Source: a virus
Taxonomy: Duplodnaviria > Caudoviricetes
Reading direction: 5' to 3' (one strand)
IMG/VR virus record: IMGVR_UViG_3300011116_001229
DNA length: 64,000 bases
Numbering within the stretch: the first letter of the stretch is position 1; each line of letters opens with the position of its first letter. Below the pieces are notes generated by a model, which worked only from the letters and a program-made list of their open reading frames with translations, had not been told where the DNA came from and did not search any database. Below, in pieces: positions 9,744-20,291 of this stretch. The position numbers were made by a program, and so were the translations under genes.

Positions 9744-11607
9744 TGGACACCGCTTTACCTATGATATTAATGTCAGGGAATCTAACCTCAAAGATACCAC
9801 CCTCAGGCGGATAGATAATTTGGTTTCTTGTGTTGCCCTTGACATCAAAGACAGTCTCTGAATAAACTCTGTTCTTCACAATTCCGTATAAATTTCTTAT
9901 AGTGACAGAGTCAACACCAATTACGCCCTGATGTGAGTAAATCGTACTTATGATATCAGATTTTACTATTGGCTGATTTATGTGGAAGTTTGTTGAATTA
10001 AACTGTGTCTGCAGAGATGCGATGATGGTTTTTATTAGGGTCGTCTTGTTGTATGATGGATCTGCAACAACTTGAAAAAATATTTCAAGATCAATAATCT
10101 CAGCATCAAGAATATCAATAGCATCTGATATCATTCGATAAGAATTTAAGTAACGTTTAAGATTAATTTTGAGAGTATCGGGTGATGGAATTAAAACACC
10201 TGATGGCGTTCTAGAGATAACGTGAAGTCTCGATGCGAGAGGATTATTGGGATTGTTAGAAACAGAAGCTCTAAACACTCTGCCAAAATTTGATGGCATT
10301 GTGTACACTCTTGCAAGCAAGTCTTCTTTGGTTACTATTCTCTCTTGCGCACTCTTTAATGCAGGAACTAGAGCTAGAATTTCATCATTTGTAGGCGCAT
10401 CTTCACCACCTGTTGCTGGGTCTGGGTTGAAGACTTCTATGCCATTCTTGACTTGAGCTTGCAGCTCAATTGATGGATTCTCTGGGAATTGAACTTCTAT
10501 AAAGTTGATTGTTTTAATGCTGCCTGGCGGCACATTGTGTAATAAGCCACCTCCGTGTCTGTACACTATAGTCAAGGATGTATTTGCCGGACCGACGCCC
10601 AATGTGGATGTCTGAAGAAGGCGCTGAGGATTGACAGCTCGACGTGAAAAAGTTTGTGTATACCTTAGGGGGATTGCAAACTCTGAAGGATCCGGTATGG
10701 CATCATCATCGAGCGAGTCAGCAGTACCTCCGCCAAAGGTTAAAGTAACAGTTCTATCTGTTATTGAAACTTGTTTTGTATATCTGTAAGGTGCAGGAAT
10801 AACTTTTAATGAGTCTTTAACCAAGCTGCTATCAACGGCGGATGTGTTCAGCGTATTCTTGTAGACGACGTCATGCGTTAGGTTCTCAACTTCATAATAG
10901 ATATTTCCCTTACCGTCAATCACCGACAGTATAATTGAGACATCGGGCAATGATAATGTGATAGTCTTAAAAGGTTGAAATTCACCAAACTGAAATGTTT
11001 CCGTGGCTTGAACACCTGACAAGCACAGACCCGAGGCTTTTAATATTCTTGTTGCGACAGTTCCTGCAATTCTTCTACCAATGCTCACTTCAACTGCGGG
11101 GTTTAATTCTATAATACCAGTTTCAGAATTTGACTGCCAGAAATCCACGTTTTCTAGTAGAGTAAATCGGGTTCCGTTGTCTGCTTGCAAGACTGTATTC
11201 GCAACAATTGTTGGTAAAAGATCAGTTCGTGCAGGAGGTGCGTCTGTACCGTCATCAACTACAGGTACTTCAATATAGAAATCAACTTGAACAATAGAGG
11301 GTGATGCACCCGTTATCTGTAAACCGGCGTTCTTTATGATTTGCTCAATATTTTTTGCCTCGACGACGGTGTCAAAATTGAGCTCACCATAGAGATGATC
11401 TAAGTAGAAGGATAAGTTATCACCGACATAAGCAGCCATATCTAGGAACAGACCGCCCACAGATGCTTCAGAAAAATCTTTAATTTTATCAGGGTAATAT
11501 TGCCTGGCGTATTCTAGAAGCACTCTTCTGAAACCATCGAAGTCCCTCGCTAAGTAGTTTCTCTGCCGGACAGATTTGAGAGCTTGCGTATTATTGATAA
11601 GAGCCAT
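9736..11607 (-). CDS. Baseplate wedge subunit, T4 gp6/baseplate-J-like
   Basis: NYLARDFDGFRR...DFSEASVGGLFLDMAAYVGDNLSFYLD N-terminus and TGGED...AQERIVTKEDL, both characteristic of gp6-like proteins. Confidence 0.9.
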   Translation of the reverse strand: MALINNTQALKSVRQRNYLARDFDGFRRVLLEYARQYYPDKIKDFSEASVGGLFLDMAAYVGDNLSFYLDHLYGELNFDTVVEAKNIEQIIKNAGLQITGASPSIVQVDFYIEVPVVDDGTDAPPARTDLLPTIVANTVLQADNGTRFTLLENVDFWQSNSETGIIELNPAVEVSIGRRIAGTVATRILKASGLCLSGVQATETFQFGEFQPFKTITLSLPDVSIILSVIDGKGNIYYEVENLTHDVVYKNTLNTSAVDSSLVKDSLKVIPAPYRYTKQVSITDRTVTLTFGGGTADSLDDDAIPDPSEFAIPLRYTQTFSRRAVNPQRLLQTSTLGVGPANTSLTIVYRHGGGLLHNVPPGSIKTINFIEVQFPENPSIELQAQVKNGIEVFNPDPATGGEDAPTNDEILALVPALKSAQERIVTKEDLLARVYTMPSNFGRVFRASVSNNPNNPLASRLHVISRTPSGVLIPSPDTLKINLKRYLNSYRMISDAIDILDAEIIDLEIFFQVVADPSYNKTTLIKTIIASLQTQFNSTNFHINQPIVKSDIISTIYSHQGVIGVDSVTIRNLYGIVKNRVYSETVFDVKGNTRNQIIYPPEGGIFEVRFPDINIIGKAVSNV

Positions 11608-11645
11608 TTTTTACCTGAAATTTCTCAACATAATTAGAACTGACT

Positions 11646-12116
11646 TTAGATAACATACAAAACAATTTGTAGTGATCTATCATTGTCCTCAATCGATGGT
11701 ATTCTGTATGTGATATTGATTTTTATCACTCCTGTGTTCTTGTTCTCAGTTCTATCAATTGAAGACTCGAAAGTATTTAGAGTCACGTAGGGCATCCATT
11801 TATCAACAGCAGCTCTAATCCTTGTGATGGCTTCTGTGTCAAAATCTTCTTGACTAACAAACTCTGTGGTGAGAGGCTTCAGATTGGCACCAAAGTCATA
11901 TAGCCCCAAGCGTTCACCCCAGTTTGTTAGAAGTAGGTTTTTTAAATTGTCAGCGAACTGATCCGACAAAGAAAAGTTCATCGACAAGATGCCTTCACTT
12001 GAATTACCGAGCTGCAGGGGTGTCTTTATTCCAAATGGAATCTGAGAAGCTGTGAGCACTTCTTCATCTTGACTCTGACGAGTCTTTCCTACATTTTTAA
12101 AACTGTAGACTGCCAT
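11646..12116 (-). CDS. Baseplate wedge/sheath-initiator protein, gp25/GPW-like
   Basis: NLKNLLLTNWGERL..YDFGANL...IRAAVDKWMPYV is the gp25 family signature; adjacent to the gp6-like gene. Confidence 0.9.
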   Translation of the reverse strand: MAVYSFKNVGKTRQSQDEEVLTASQIPFGIKTPLQLGNSSEGILSMNFSLSDQFADNLKNLLLTNWGERLGLYDFGANLKPLTTEFVSQEDFDTEAITRIRAAVDKWMPYVTLNTFESSIDRTENKNTGVIKINITYRIPSIEDNDRSLQIVLYVI

Positions 12117-12151
12117 ACTATCCTAATTATCATTAAGAGAATTTAATCGAA

Positions 12152-14701
12152 TCACCCATTAATAAACTTCTCTGCATCAACCACGAAGTATAGCTCTCTT
12201 TTTTCTGAAAAGAGAACACGACTGCCGCCTGGTCTAAAAATCTTCTTCAGGGGTTTGACACTACTGGCTGCTGGGTGATCTGAAACATCTCCTGTAGCAC
12301 CTTGCCAGAAGAATCGTGATGGCCAGTATGCAGAAGATGCGGCGCCTTCTTTCTTATATGAGCATTTATCAGCAGGCTTTAGTATATTACCGCCATCGGT
12401 TTGCCCACCTTCAACGGCGTCAAAAAAAGTATCTTTAGTCGGATCAAAGCTACTAACACAAACAATAACGTGCTCACTGTTTGTAATGACGAGCACGTCT
12501 CCTGGTTCAAGATTGCACATCTTTTTATCTTTTCCTAGCATGTACTTGATTGCATCTCTTTTCTTTCCTATCTGAAGAAATGCTGTTATGACAGAGTTGA
12601 CTATGTACTCACTTGTGAAATAATTTTTTACAACTACTTGTGGGCCAATTTTTTGACCAATCTCTCCCGCTTCTGTGTCGGGGGTAGCCACACTCACAGT
12701 GCCTGGTCGAGGGCCTCTATACTCTTGTTTCCAGCCTCCATCCTTTGGATTAAAATAGTAAGTAGCACCTGCTGCTGCGAAACAAGCTCTCGCAAACACT
12801 CCACAGCTTGATGTTGTTTTAGCAGACACCTCTGCCCTTCTTGGGTTTGCTGCAAATTCTGCAGGAAAAATAAACTCTGAATAGGCACTTTTATTTCCGC
12901 TAAAAGTTAGCCCAGCTCCCTCAATTGCTTTGTTCTTTACTAGTTCTCTAATCCCTCCGCCAATACCACCACCTCCGCCTCCGGGCGGTACTGCTGATTC
13001 TGTTTTTGTATCTTTTGGAAGATCATATCCTCGAGGCTCAAATGGATTGTCTACTTCAGGTTCAGTTTCAGGTACTTCAGGCGGCGGGGGCGGCTCAGGT
13101 TCTTTCTTTAAAACCAACCAGGGTGGGTATTCATCTGGATCCTCAGGTAGTTCTGATAAATTTTCTTCAGGGTTAGTAGATTTGACTTCTTTTTGAAGAG
13201 CTTCATTGACCTTTTGTAATTTTTCCTGATTTGAGCCTGGCTCTGGGCTTTTTTGCTTTTTTGCTAGCTCTTCTCGTGCGCTCTTATTGTGCTCAGCAAA
13301 ATCTTTTATTTGCGGATCTTCACTGACCTTTTCAACTTCTTCTATTTCAAATAACTCATCATCGTTAGCGTCACCGCCTCGTGGTGCATAGGGCGGTACT
13401 TGTAATTTGTTGCTTAGCTGACCTTGCTGCAAGCTAGTGCGCCAGGGTATCTCTTCACCATCTTTAATTATAAAACCGTCAAAGTCAATTCCTGATGGTG
13501 GATTTGTATACGTGACGGGGGCGTTAACTGTGTCAACTACCATCCCTTCTGAGTGAACTGCTTGGGCTCCTTCAATAAATAAATTTTGTGTGTCTTTTGA
13601 TGCAGCATTGTATTCTGCAATTAAACCTGACTTACCTTCAGTAACTAATTTATCTTTTGCGCCTCCTGCCATGAGACCAACTAACCCGCCGGTACTAGTT
13701 CCAATCGTTGAAGCCATCGCATGAAAAACACACATTTCTGTAATTTTTCTTGCAAGAACTTTTCTTGCAGCTCTCATTACAATGTCTTGCGGATTTCCGC
13801 TAGGATCATTTACACCTACACCGAGTAGGCCTGAATCATCAGCAACTATGCCGCATATTGTGTTTAATGCAGCAGCTGGACCTTTTGTTATCATTTTAAT
13901 AACAAAGACAGGCATAGCAGCGACTAATTGTGGCATAAATTTAGGTATATTAATTCCAAATGCGCCGATTTGAGCTGCAAGATCCGGTCCTCGGGTATCA
14001 TATGGCTGCACAGTTTGCTCTTCAACTCCCTGCCATGGATTTGATACCGTAGAACCCCCTGAAACTAACTGGCCCTGGATTGGGGGCACTGGGGGAATAG
14101 GCGGCACTGGAACTTGTTTTATGTCGCCTGATGCCACTTTTTGTGAAAATGCATACAAGAGACCCGCCGGAGTGAGTGGAACTTCTAGACCAGCTTTTTC
14201 CTTAATTAGTGGATCTTTTACGCCTGCTTTTGCAAATTCAACAGCAAGTGCCGCAGGATTGGGTATAGCAAATTTTAAGAAGTCGGACAGCTTTTCAATC
14301 TTTGGTGTAGGGCTGTCAGGAAATAATTGAGGAGATAATGCAATAGGGTCGCAGACGGGGAATAACTTGAATTTCGATGTTGTTTCTAAGCTTCTTGCAA
14401 GATCTCTGTAGTAACCTAAAATTTTTTGGTGAAAATCTGGGAATTTCTTTTCATCTTTTAGGTCTTTGAAAACCTCAGCTAGCTTTGGGTCTAAGGGAGG
14501 TATTGGTTTTCCACACGGGAGTGGATCAGTGTTAGGATTCACAAGTTCATTAATAACTTCGTCAATAAACTTATCGGTTGCGGAGTTTTTATAGCCTTTG
14601 GTCAGTTGAGCCTTACTCACGTCGCCGCCGTGTGACGTGAGAATACCAGCATGTACCATACATCCATCACCAGCCTGTACTTGTTGCGTATTTTCCGACA
14701 T
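12152..14701 (-). CDS. Baseplate-associated protein with Pro/Glu/Gly-rich linker and C-terminal CHAP/NlpC-P60-like domain (849 aa)
   Basis: C-terminal SSCGVFARAC...PGDVLVITNSEHVIVCV...DAVEGG matches the Cys/His papain-like amidase layout. It is preceded by PPPPPEVPETEPE and PPGGGGGG linkers. Confidence 0.55.
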   Translation of the reverse strand: MSENTQQVQAGDGCMVHAGILTSHGGDVSKAQLTKGYKNSATDKFIDEVINELVNPNTDPLPCGKPIPPLDPKLAEVFKDLKDEKKFPDFHQKILGYYRDLARSLETTSKFKLFPVCDPIALSPQLFPDSPTPKIEKLSDFLKFAIPNPAALAVEFAKAGVKDPLIKEKAGLEVPLTPAGLLYAFSQKVASGDIKQVPVPPIPPVPPIQGQLVSGGSTVSNPWQGVEEQTVQPYDTRGPDLAAQIGAFGINIPKFMPQLVAAMPVFVIKMITKGPAAALNTICGIVADDSGLLGVGVNDPSGNPQDIVMRAARKVLARKITEMCVFHAMASTIGTSTGGLVGLMAGGAKDKLVTEGKSGLIAEYNAASKDTQNLFIEGAQAVHSEGMVVDTVNAPVTYTNPPSGIDFDGFIIKDGEEIPWRTSLQQGQLSNKLQVPPYAPRGGDANDDELFEIEEVEKVSEDPQIKDFAEHNKSAREELAKKQKSPEPGSNQEKLQKVNEALQKEVKSTNPEENLSELPEDPDEYPPWLVLKKEPEPPPPPEVPETEPEVDNPFEPRGYDLPKDTKTESAVPPGGGGGGIGGGIRELVKNKAIEGAGLTFSGNKSAYSEFIFPAEFAANPRRAEVSAKTTSSCGVFARACFAAAGATYYFNPKDGGWKQEYRGPRPGTVSVATPDTEAGEIGQKIGPQVVVKNYFTSEYIVNSVITAFLQIGKKRDAIKYMLGKDKKMCNLEPGDVLVITNSEHVIVCVSSFDPTKDTFFDAVEGGQTDGGNILKPADKCSYKKEGAASSAYWPSRFFWQGATGDVSDHPAASSVKPLKKIFRPGGSRVLFSEKRELYFVVDAEKFING

Positions 14702-14717
14702 AGCATTTACTATTTTA

Positions 14718-16301
14718 CTACTTGATTAGGACCTTGCTTGCATATTTTGCTTGTCCTGTAGCTAGAACCTGCCTATTTTCGCCTGTACCTGTCTTTGAAG
14801 AACCGGCAAACTGGCCGCCCATGGTTGTGATCATTGGTGGTCCCTCAACAGTACCGTCTGAGGGTGAAACAGGGACGTCTGAACAGACTACACCAAGCTG
14901 TGCATCATCTCCGCCAAGCTTTATGTATCCAAGAGATGAGGGTTTAAAAACAATATCACCATTGCTCTTAATTACAATTGAAGCCCACTTTGTTGTGTCT
15001 GTTAGTTCATTCTTTATTTTTGTCTCTTTGGCATTGTCTATCTCTTCATAGGATGTCACAAGTATTTCAACATCGGAACGAGCTATTAGTCTGATCTTGT
15101 CGGATTTTATGACTATTGCAGAGTCTCCATCGATGTCATCAGCAATAGGAGTACCAGGTCGAGTATTGCCTGTGCTAAAGTCAGAATTGTAAGATGCTAA
15201 TCCAAAGTTAGTATCAACTTTTGTACGCTGTGATATCTGTATTCTACTTCTGTCATTAACTAAGTCAAAGTCACCTTCTTGCTTTGATAATTCATCTTCA
15301 GCTTTGCCAAGCTCTTTCTTTATCTCTTTGCCTTTTGTTTTACCCTCTGCACCAAACACCGAAGTAGTACTGACCACTTTGCCAAGGGTTTCTTTCGTCT
15401 GACCTCTTCCAACGACAAGATCAATGCTTCCTGCATCACCTTGCATGTCTTTATCGTCAAATGAGGGAGAGATGCTCATTACTGTTTTTGCATCTTCGTA
15501 ATTGGCTAGACTGGATGTTCTGTCTGTGCCGAGAACTATTAATGAATTATTTGTACCTTCAAGAACAATATCGCCTGGTCTTTTTTTAAATCTTGGAACA
15601 GCTTCGTACTGCATTATTCTTGCAGCGTCTGTCACTCTTACAAGTTTTTCAAAATAGTCTTCATCTTCGGCAGTCTTAATGTAAAGATTGTTTCTATCGA
15701 TTCTTCTTCTATCGTTACCTGCAAGTAGAATATTTCCATTTCTCAATTCATAATACGGATCGGTCGCGCCATCATTTTCAGATCTATCTTTCTTAGATGA
15801 CTTAGAAACACCTGCAAAAGAAATGTCTTGAACTCTTGGAGAATGGGTATGGTTTACATCGTCGGCAAAATGAGGTTCAGTGACTCTGCACATCCAAAAG
15901 ACTAGCGAGGGATTATCAGAAGCATTTGGATCGGGAACCATGACCCAGACAGTTTCACCTGGTTTGCACGGTAGGGCAAAGTGAGAAGGGAAGAACGGGA
16001 AAGCAAAGATTGGGCTCTCAAGTGAATAAATAAAATGACCTACGATGGTATTTCTAGGTAATACCGAGGCGTATTTCATATTTGAAACTTTTAAGACGTT
16101 ACGCCAATATTCTATTTTCTTGTCATTTATATCTAATACACTGACTGGATCTGATACTACGTCGAGAACCACCATTTTCTTAAATGTTGGATTTTGAGCT
16201 GTAGGAGACTTAAGCTGTGAGCGAGGACTTATTAATTTGCCTTCGACAAAGTCAGTTGCTATATCAGTTGATTCTAGATAATCCCTCGGCGTGATACCCA
16301 T
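14718..16301 (-). CDS. Baseplate hub/central spike protein, gp5/VgrG-like OB-fold
   Basis: AFPFFPSHFALPCKPGETVWV (OB-fold strand motif), PGDIVLEGTNNSLIVLG and AIVIKSDKIRLIAR. Its position upstream of gp25/gp6 is the usual order. Confidence 0.7.
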   Translation of the reverse strand: MGITPRDYLESTDIATDFVEGKLISPRSQLKSPTAQNPTFKKMVVLDVVSDPVSVLDINDKKIEYWRNVLKVSNMKYASVLPRNTIVGHFIYSLESPIFAFPFFPSHFALPCKPGETVWVMVPDPNASDNPSLVFWMCRVTEPHFADDVNHTHSPRVQDISFAGVSKSSKKDRSENDGATDPYYELRNGNILLAGNDRRRIDRNNLYIKTAEDEDYFEKLVRVTDAARIMQYEAVPRFKKRPGDIVLEGTNNSLIVLGTDRTSSLANYEDAKTVMSISPSFDDKDMQGDAGSIDLVVGRGQTKETLGKVVSTTSVFGAEGKTKGKEIKKELGKAEDELSKQEGDFDLVNDRSRIQISQRTKVDTNFGLASYNSDFSTGNTRPGTPIADDIDGDSAIVIKSDKIRLIARSDVEILVTSYEEIDNAKETKIKNELTDTTKWASIVIKSNGDIVFKPSSLGYIKLGGDDAQLGVVCSDVPVSPSDGTVEGPPMITTMGGQFAGSSKTGTGENRQVLATGQAKYASKVLIK

Positions 16302-16302
16302 T

Positions 16303-16659
16303 TTACTGACCCTCTATTCTCTTAAACATTTCATCAGGGTCAATTACATCATTTGCTCTTTCCGACTTTGACACAAGTTCAGCCAGTCTTATGAGTTGGT
16401 CATTTGCTTTGCTCATCTTTTCTATATATGATGAGAGTGACTTCCCGTGGACAGCGTGTTCAGTACTATCATTTTCAACAATTTTTACTAAAGAAACAAA
16501 TAAAACGTAGGCATTTTGTCGGTCTGCAATTGCATTTTCGTAGATTTCTCTCCACAGTTTTTTCTTTTTATCCGAGACACCGTCTATCTGATCCAGCAAG
16601 TCAGAAAAGTCTTTTGCCTTTTTCTCTAGCAGTACCTCTGCATCTTCAACAGTTTTCAT
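16303..16659 (-). CDS. Small helical hypothetical protein (118 aa)
   Basis: Compact ORF coupled between the sigma factor and the gp5-like gene. Confidence 0.7.
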   Translation of the reverse strand: MKTVEDAEVLLEKKAKDFSDLLDQIDGVSDKKKKLWREIYENAIADRQNAYVLFVSLVKIVENDSTEHAVHGKSLSSYIEKMSKANDQLIRLAELVSKSERANDVIDPDEMFKRIEGQ

Positions 16660-16667
16660 AAAATGAA

Positions 16668-17507
16668 TTATTGAGATCTTGAAGATTCTACCTTCATCTT
16701 TTTGTAGTAGCTCTTAATTGACTGCATAGTAGTCGTCATTTGTTTAGGCGAAAGACCTGAGAGCTCTCTCATGTAGAGAAGTATTGCGCTCTTATTAAGC
16801 AAGTCAATATCGTCTAAATTTTCAAAAATTGTGATTATTGAGTTTATGCAAGACAATTCATTTTCTGATTTGGCCTTAGCTCTAATTTCATAGAGCATTG
16901 TTATTATTTCTTTTCTATTAGCAAACTCAGCATCTGCATCTTTGAATGGTAGATAATTGTATTCTTCTATGAGACATGTTTCATAAGACGAGAGACCGTC
17001 AGGATCATCTAAGCTAACAAGTTTTTTTATTTTTTGAGCTTTCTGTTTAGTCTTTATGATCAGCCAATTTTTAGCTACAACATTGAAATACGAGAATGCA
17101 TTTGTACCTCTTGTCTCATCAAACTTATGAATTGTTTCAAAAAGAAAGTTTACGCAATCAACCTTGAGATCTTCGTAGGTGTCATGCATACTTGTGAACT
17201 TATAGATGTTGATTAGATTTTCAACTAGCTTTTCAAAAGCAGGCATGATCTTCTCGACGTAGAGCCGATCTCTGAGTTTTCTATCCTGCTCGTTCTGGAA
17301 TTCAACTATTGATCTGTGTGTTTCTTCATTAAAATAGAGCTTGAGATTGGTTTTTTCTTTGCTCTTTGCTTGCACTTCAACGTCTTCTAGTTGACCGCTT
17401 GTTGCGCCCAAATCCTCTAGCTCCGTCACAGGTGATGCGCTGATAGCCACAGTATCATCACCGTCTGATGATTTTTTTCTCTTTACTTTCTTTCTTTCTT
17501 TGGGCAT
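16668..17507 (-). CDS. Phage late sigma factor, T4 gp55-like
   Basis: LYFNEETH...PAFEKLVENLIN...KFDETRGTNAFSYFNVVAKNWLI is a sigma-70 region 2 motif of the gp55 type; the basic N-terminus and an HTH-like C-terminus (MRELSGLSPKQMT) also fit. Confidence 0.8.
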   Translation of the reverse strand: MPKERKKVKRKKSSDGDDTVAISASPVTELEDLGATSGQLEDVEVQAKSKEKTNLKLYFNEETHRSIVEFQNEQDRKLRDRLYVEKIMPAFEKLVENLINIYKFTSMHDTYEDLKVDCVNFLFETIHKFDETRGTNAFSYFNVVAKNWLIIKTKQKAQKIKKLVSLDDPDGLSSYETCLIEEYNYLPFKDADAEFANRKEIITMLYEIRAKAKSENELSCINSIITIFENLDDIDLLNKSAILLYMRELSGLSPKQMTTTMQSIKSYYKKMKVESSRSQ

Positions 17508-17539
17508 TTTAAAAACAATCGTATATTAGTTAGTTTTCA

Positions 17540-17836
17540 TTAATTTTCTTCATTATTATCAAAATTTTTGATTATTGCATAAACTGCATCTCTGCAGTCA
17601 GCTATATCTTTTACTAGATCTTTGACAACAGGATCATCAAAAAAGACTTCTGTCTTTGATTTAGCTTCAAGGCGCTTGTGCTTCTCTTCGAGTATTTTTA
17701 AGGATATGTCGAGCTGTTCTTCTAGATCATCAAGCTTGTCTATGATCTGCAGGCTGTTTTTCGTGGATCTAACTAGAAGCGACGTCGATCCAGCAAACAA
17801 GCACGCAAAAACGCAAGCGAGAACAACTGAAATCAT
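17540..17836 (-). CDS. Small membrane-anchored coiled-coil protein
   Basis: Hydrophobic N-terminus (MISVVLACVFACLFAG) followed by heptad-like charged helix. Confidence 0.6.
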   Translation of the reverse strand: MISVVLACVFACLFAGSTSLLVRSTKNSLQIIDKLDDLEEQLDISLKILEEKHKRLEAKSKTEVFFDDPVVKDLVKDIADCRDAVYAIIKNFDNNEEN

Positions 17837-19032
17837 AAAATAAAGCTCAATTCTTCGTCATACATCTTTGAGATAGTAGAAAAATTGTATTGTTGCTTGA
17901 TCTTGGCTGAGAGCTCTGTTGCCCACTCTTTAGGCAGCGAGCTAGATGACTTAAACTTCAATATTTTCTTCTTAAAGTCTTCTTCAACCGGGTTGGCCCA
18001 TCTGGCATTTTGAACAAAAATTTCATTATCTATTCTTGATGGATGCACATTACCAAGATTAAAATCGACACCAACGAATTTGCCCTTTGACATAAAATCA
18101 AGATGCCCAGACCAGTTTGTGGCAATAATTGGTAGACCACTCGCTGCTGCTTCTAGAATCGGCAGTCCGTAGCCTTCGCCTCTTGTTAAAGTCACTAATG
18201 CTTTTATCTGTGGATGTCGATAAAGAGATGCCATCTCAGCATCAGACATTTCACCGTGAAGAAGATAGATCTTGGGTTCTTTTTTCTTCTTAATTTCTAG
18301 CAAGACTGACTTGATAGTGTTCTCAACAATCTGTCTGTCTATCTTAGTATTTCGACCCATGTTTGTCTTAATAACTAGTCCTACATCGTTGTCTTTATTA
18401 AATGTTTCGCAAAACCACTTTATAGTATAGAAGATATTTTTTCTATCATTTTCTGCGTTCTTTCCTGTTATCTGTCCGATCATTAAAAAGTTGAACTGGG
18501 TCTGGAATTTAATATCATCGATGCGTGTAGACGCTGGTTCGAGTATCTCATCTGGGAAAGATTCGGGTATAACTCTAACTTCAGTTGTTAGTTGACCAGA
18601 GCTGCTAAGGACGCTATGACAGAACTTCGAGGGTACAATTACTTTAGTCATTCTATTGCATGCATGCACCCAAGCAGGATTGCAGATATCTGTTTCAACA
18701 ACTGCAGATATGCCAATATTGGTGCTAGACATGCTTGTGTCCCATTCATTTGGTAGCTGAACTTGAACAGTTGCATCGTACTTTTGACCCGTTGGGTCAG
18801 CGGTCTTTTCCATAATTCTACCGATCAAACCCCCAGACAAATCTTTGTTAATTAACCAGGGAGTTGAACCCCAGGGCAAGGCCTGAACGTGAACGTCGAG
18901 ATTAGGCTTTGAAAGGAGCCAGCGAGCAATTTGTCGTGAATGAACTCCATAACCAGACTGAGTCAGTACGGGAGCTCTGAGCAGGACTTTTTTTCTGCTA
19001 CTCATGTTGACAAAAAAGTTGTTATCAAACAT
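17833..19032 (-). CDS. Glycosyltransferase, GT-B fold (GT4-like)
   Basis: TQSGYGVHSR N-terminus; TRGEGYGLPILEAAASGLPIIATNWSGHLDF nucleotide-sugar binding motif. Confidence 0.9.
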   Translation of the reverse strand: MFDNNFFVNMSSRKKVLLRAPVLTQSGYGVHSRQIARWLLSKPNLDVHVQALPWGSTPWLINKDLSGGLIGRIMEKTADPTGQKYDATVQVQLPNEWDTSMSSTNIGISAVVETDICNPAWVHACNRMTKVIVPSKFCHSVLSSSGQLTTEVRVIPESFPDEILEPASTRIDDIKFQTQFNFLMIGQITGKNAENDRKNIFYTIKWFCETFNKDNDVGLVIKTNMGRNTKIDRQIVENTIKSVLLEIKKKKEPKIYLLHGEMSDAEMASLYRHPQIKALVTLTRGEGYGLPILEAAASGLPIIATNWSGHLDFMSKGKFVGVDFNLGNVHPSRIDNEIFVQNARWANPVEEDFKKKILKFKSSSSLPKEWATELSAKIKQQYNFSTISKMYDEELSFIL

Positions 19033-20284
19033 CTAACACCTTCATTTCCCAAGTTGGTGGTTTTGATTCTGGGCTTTTCCAGCTATCGATTAATTTGCTC
19101 AGTGACTTGTCCCATTCAGACACAACATCTTCCATAATATAGTCTCTTTGTGCGTGCTTCATGGCTCTTAGACCGACTTCTCTTCTCTTGTCCGGACCCC
19201 ATGTGAACATCTCCATAAATGCTTTAGAGAGCGTCTCATGTGAGATAAAATCTTCATAGATGTAAGGTATCATAAGGTTTCCTACCATAGACCTTACCTC
19301 AGGATCCAAGGCAATACCATAGTGCTCTCCTGTTTTGTAGTCTTCAACTTGTCGAGTAAGACCACCAGTCTTTATCGAGATCACAGGCTTTCCACACATC
19401 TTTGCTTCAAGAATAGGCAGTCCAAATCCTTCATTTGATGATCTGTTTACGACAGTGTCGCACATATTGTAAAGAATATTCATGTCTTCAAAAGCGATTC
19501 TATCCTTAGAAAAGACGACGCTTTCACGAATTCCAAGCATATCAACTACGCTGTGCAAATTTGTTCCCTCTGGATCGAGAGGATCGCAGTGCATCACAAT
19601 AGAAGCTTTTTGATGACCGTGCTTTTCTTGCAAATCTTTCATAAACATCTTCCAAGACACTAAGATGTCGCTAGTCATCTTCCTTCTTGCATTTCTAGAA
19701 ACATAAAGCGCAGTGAAATGATCGAGTCGCTCGGGCCCTAAAAGCTTCTTCTTAAACTGTTGAACTTGATCATGTGGTAGTTCTTTATAGAGTTCGGTCG
19801 GAACAGCATGAGGAATATAGTTTGTCTTATGCGGAAAGCGCTCTTTGACCATCTCGTATGTAGGATAATTAATGCAGTTGATCAAGTCAGTTGAGTCATA
19901 TAATACGCTATTGTAGTCAGGCCACGGTGGATTATCCCAAAGATGCCAGTATGCGATAGGACAAATTTGATTAATCTCGTCTGCCATCTCCCAGACCCAT
20001 ATGAAGAATCGAGGGTCTGTGAACAGAAACATCGCATCGGGTCTTAGCTGTGCTAAAGTTTTTCTTAAAAGATTTTTATCACCAAATCCATCCGTTGGCT
20101 TGACAATAAAGTCAGGATTAACAACAACAGTTTCGTAATTGTCGTGCTTTACAGCTCCTCCAAAGCATTTGAAGCTATATTTTCCTGTATTGACTAGGCC
20201 ATTTATCAACCACCTAGCTTGAGTACCCACTCCTGAAGTAGAAAGTGGATGGTCTGATAGCATTAAAATTGTCTTTTTTTGCAT
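19025..20284 (-). CDS. Glycosyltransferase, GT-B fold (GT4-like)
   Basis: STSGVGTQ N-terminus; SRNARRK; SSNEGFGLPILEAKMCGKPVI motif. Confidence 0.9.
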   Translation of the reverse strand: MQKKTILMLSDHPLSTSGVGTQARWLINGLVNTGKYSFKCFGGAVKHDNYETVVVNPDFIVKPTDGFGDKNLLRKTLAQLRPDAMFLFTDPRFFIWVWEMADEINQICPIAYWHLWDNPPWPDYNSVLYDSTDLINCINYPTYEMVKERFPHKTNYIPHAVPTELYKELPHDQVQQFKKKLLGPERLDHFTALYVSRNARRKMTSDILVSWKMFMKDLQEKHGHQKASIVMHCDPLDPEGTNLHSVVDMLGIRESVVFSKDRIAFEDMNILYNMCDTVVNRSSNEGFGLPILEAKMCGKPVISIKTGGLTRQVEDYKTGEHYGIALDPEVRSMVGNLMIPYIYEDFISHETLSKAFMEMFTWGPDKRREVGLRAMKHAQRDYIMEDVVSEWDKSLSKLIDSWKSPESKPPTWEMKVLDV

Positions 20285-20291
20285 TGGTCGT

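Noticed and set aside
12950-13100. GC-rich ccgcct/ggcggc runs
   Set aside because: They simply encode the poly-Gly and poly-Pro linker of the 849-aa protein; not a DNA repeat element.
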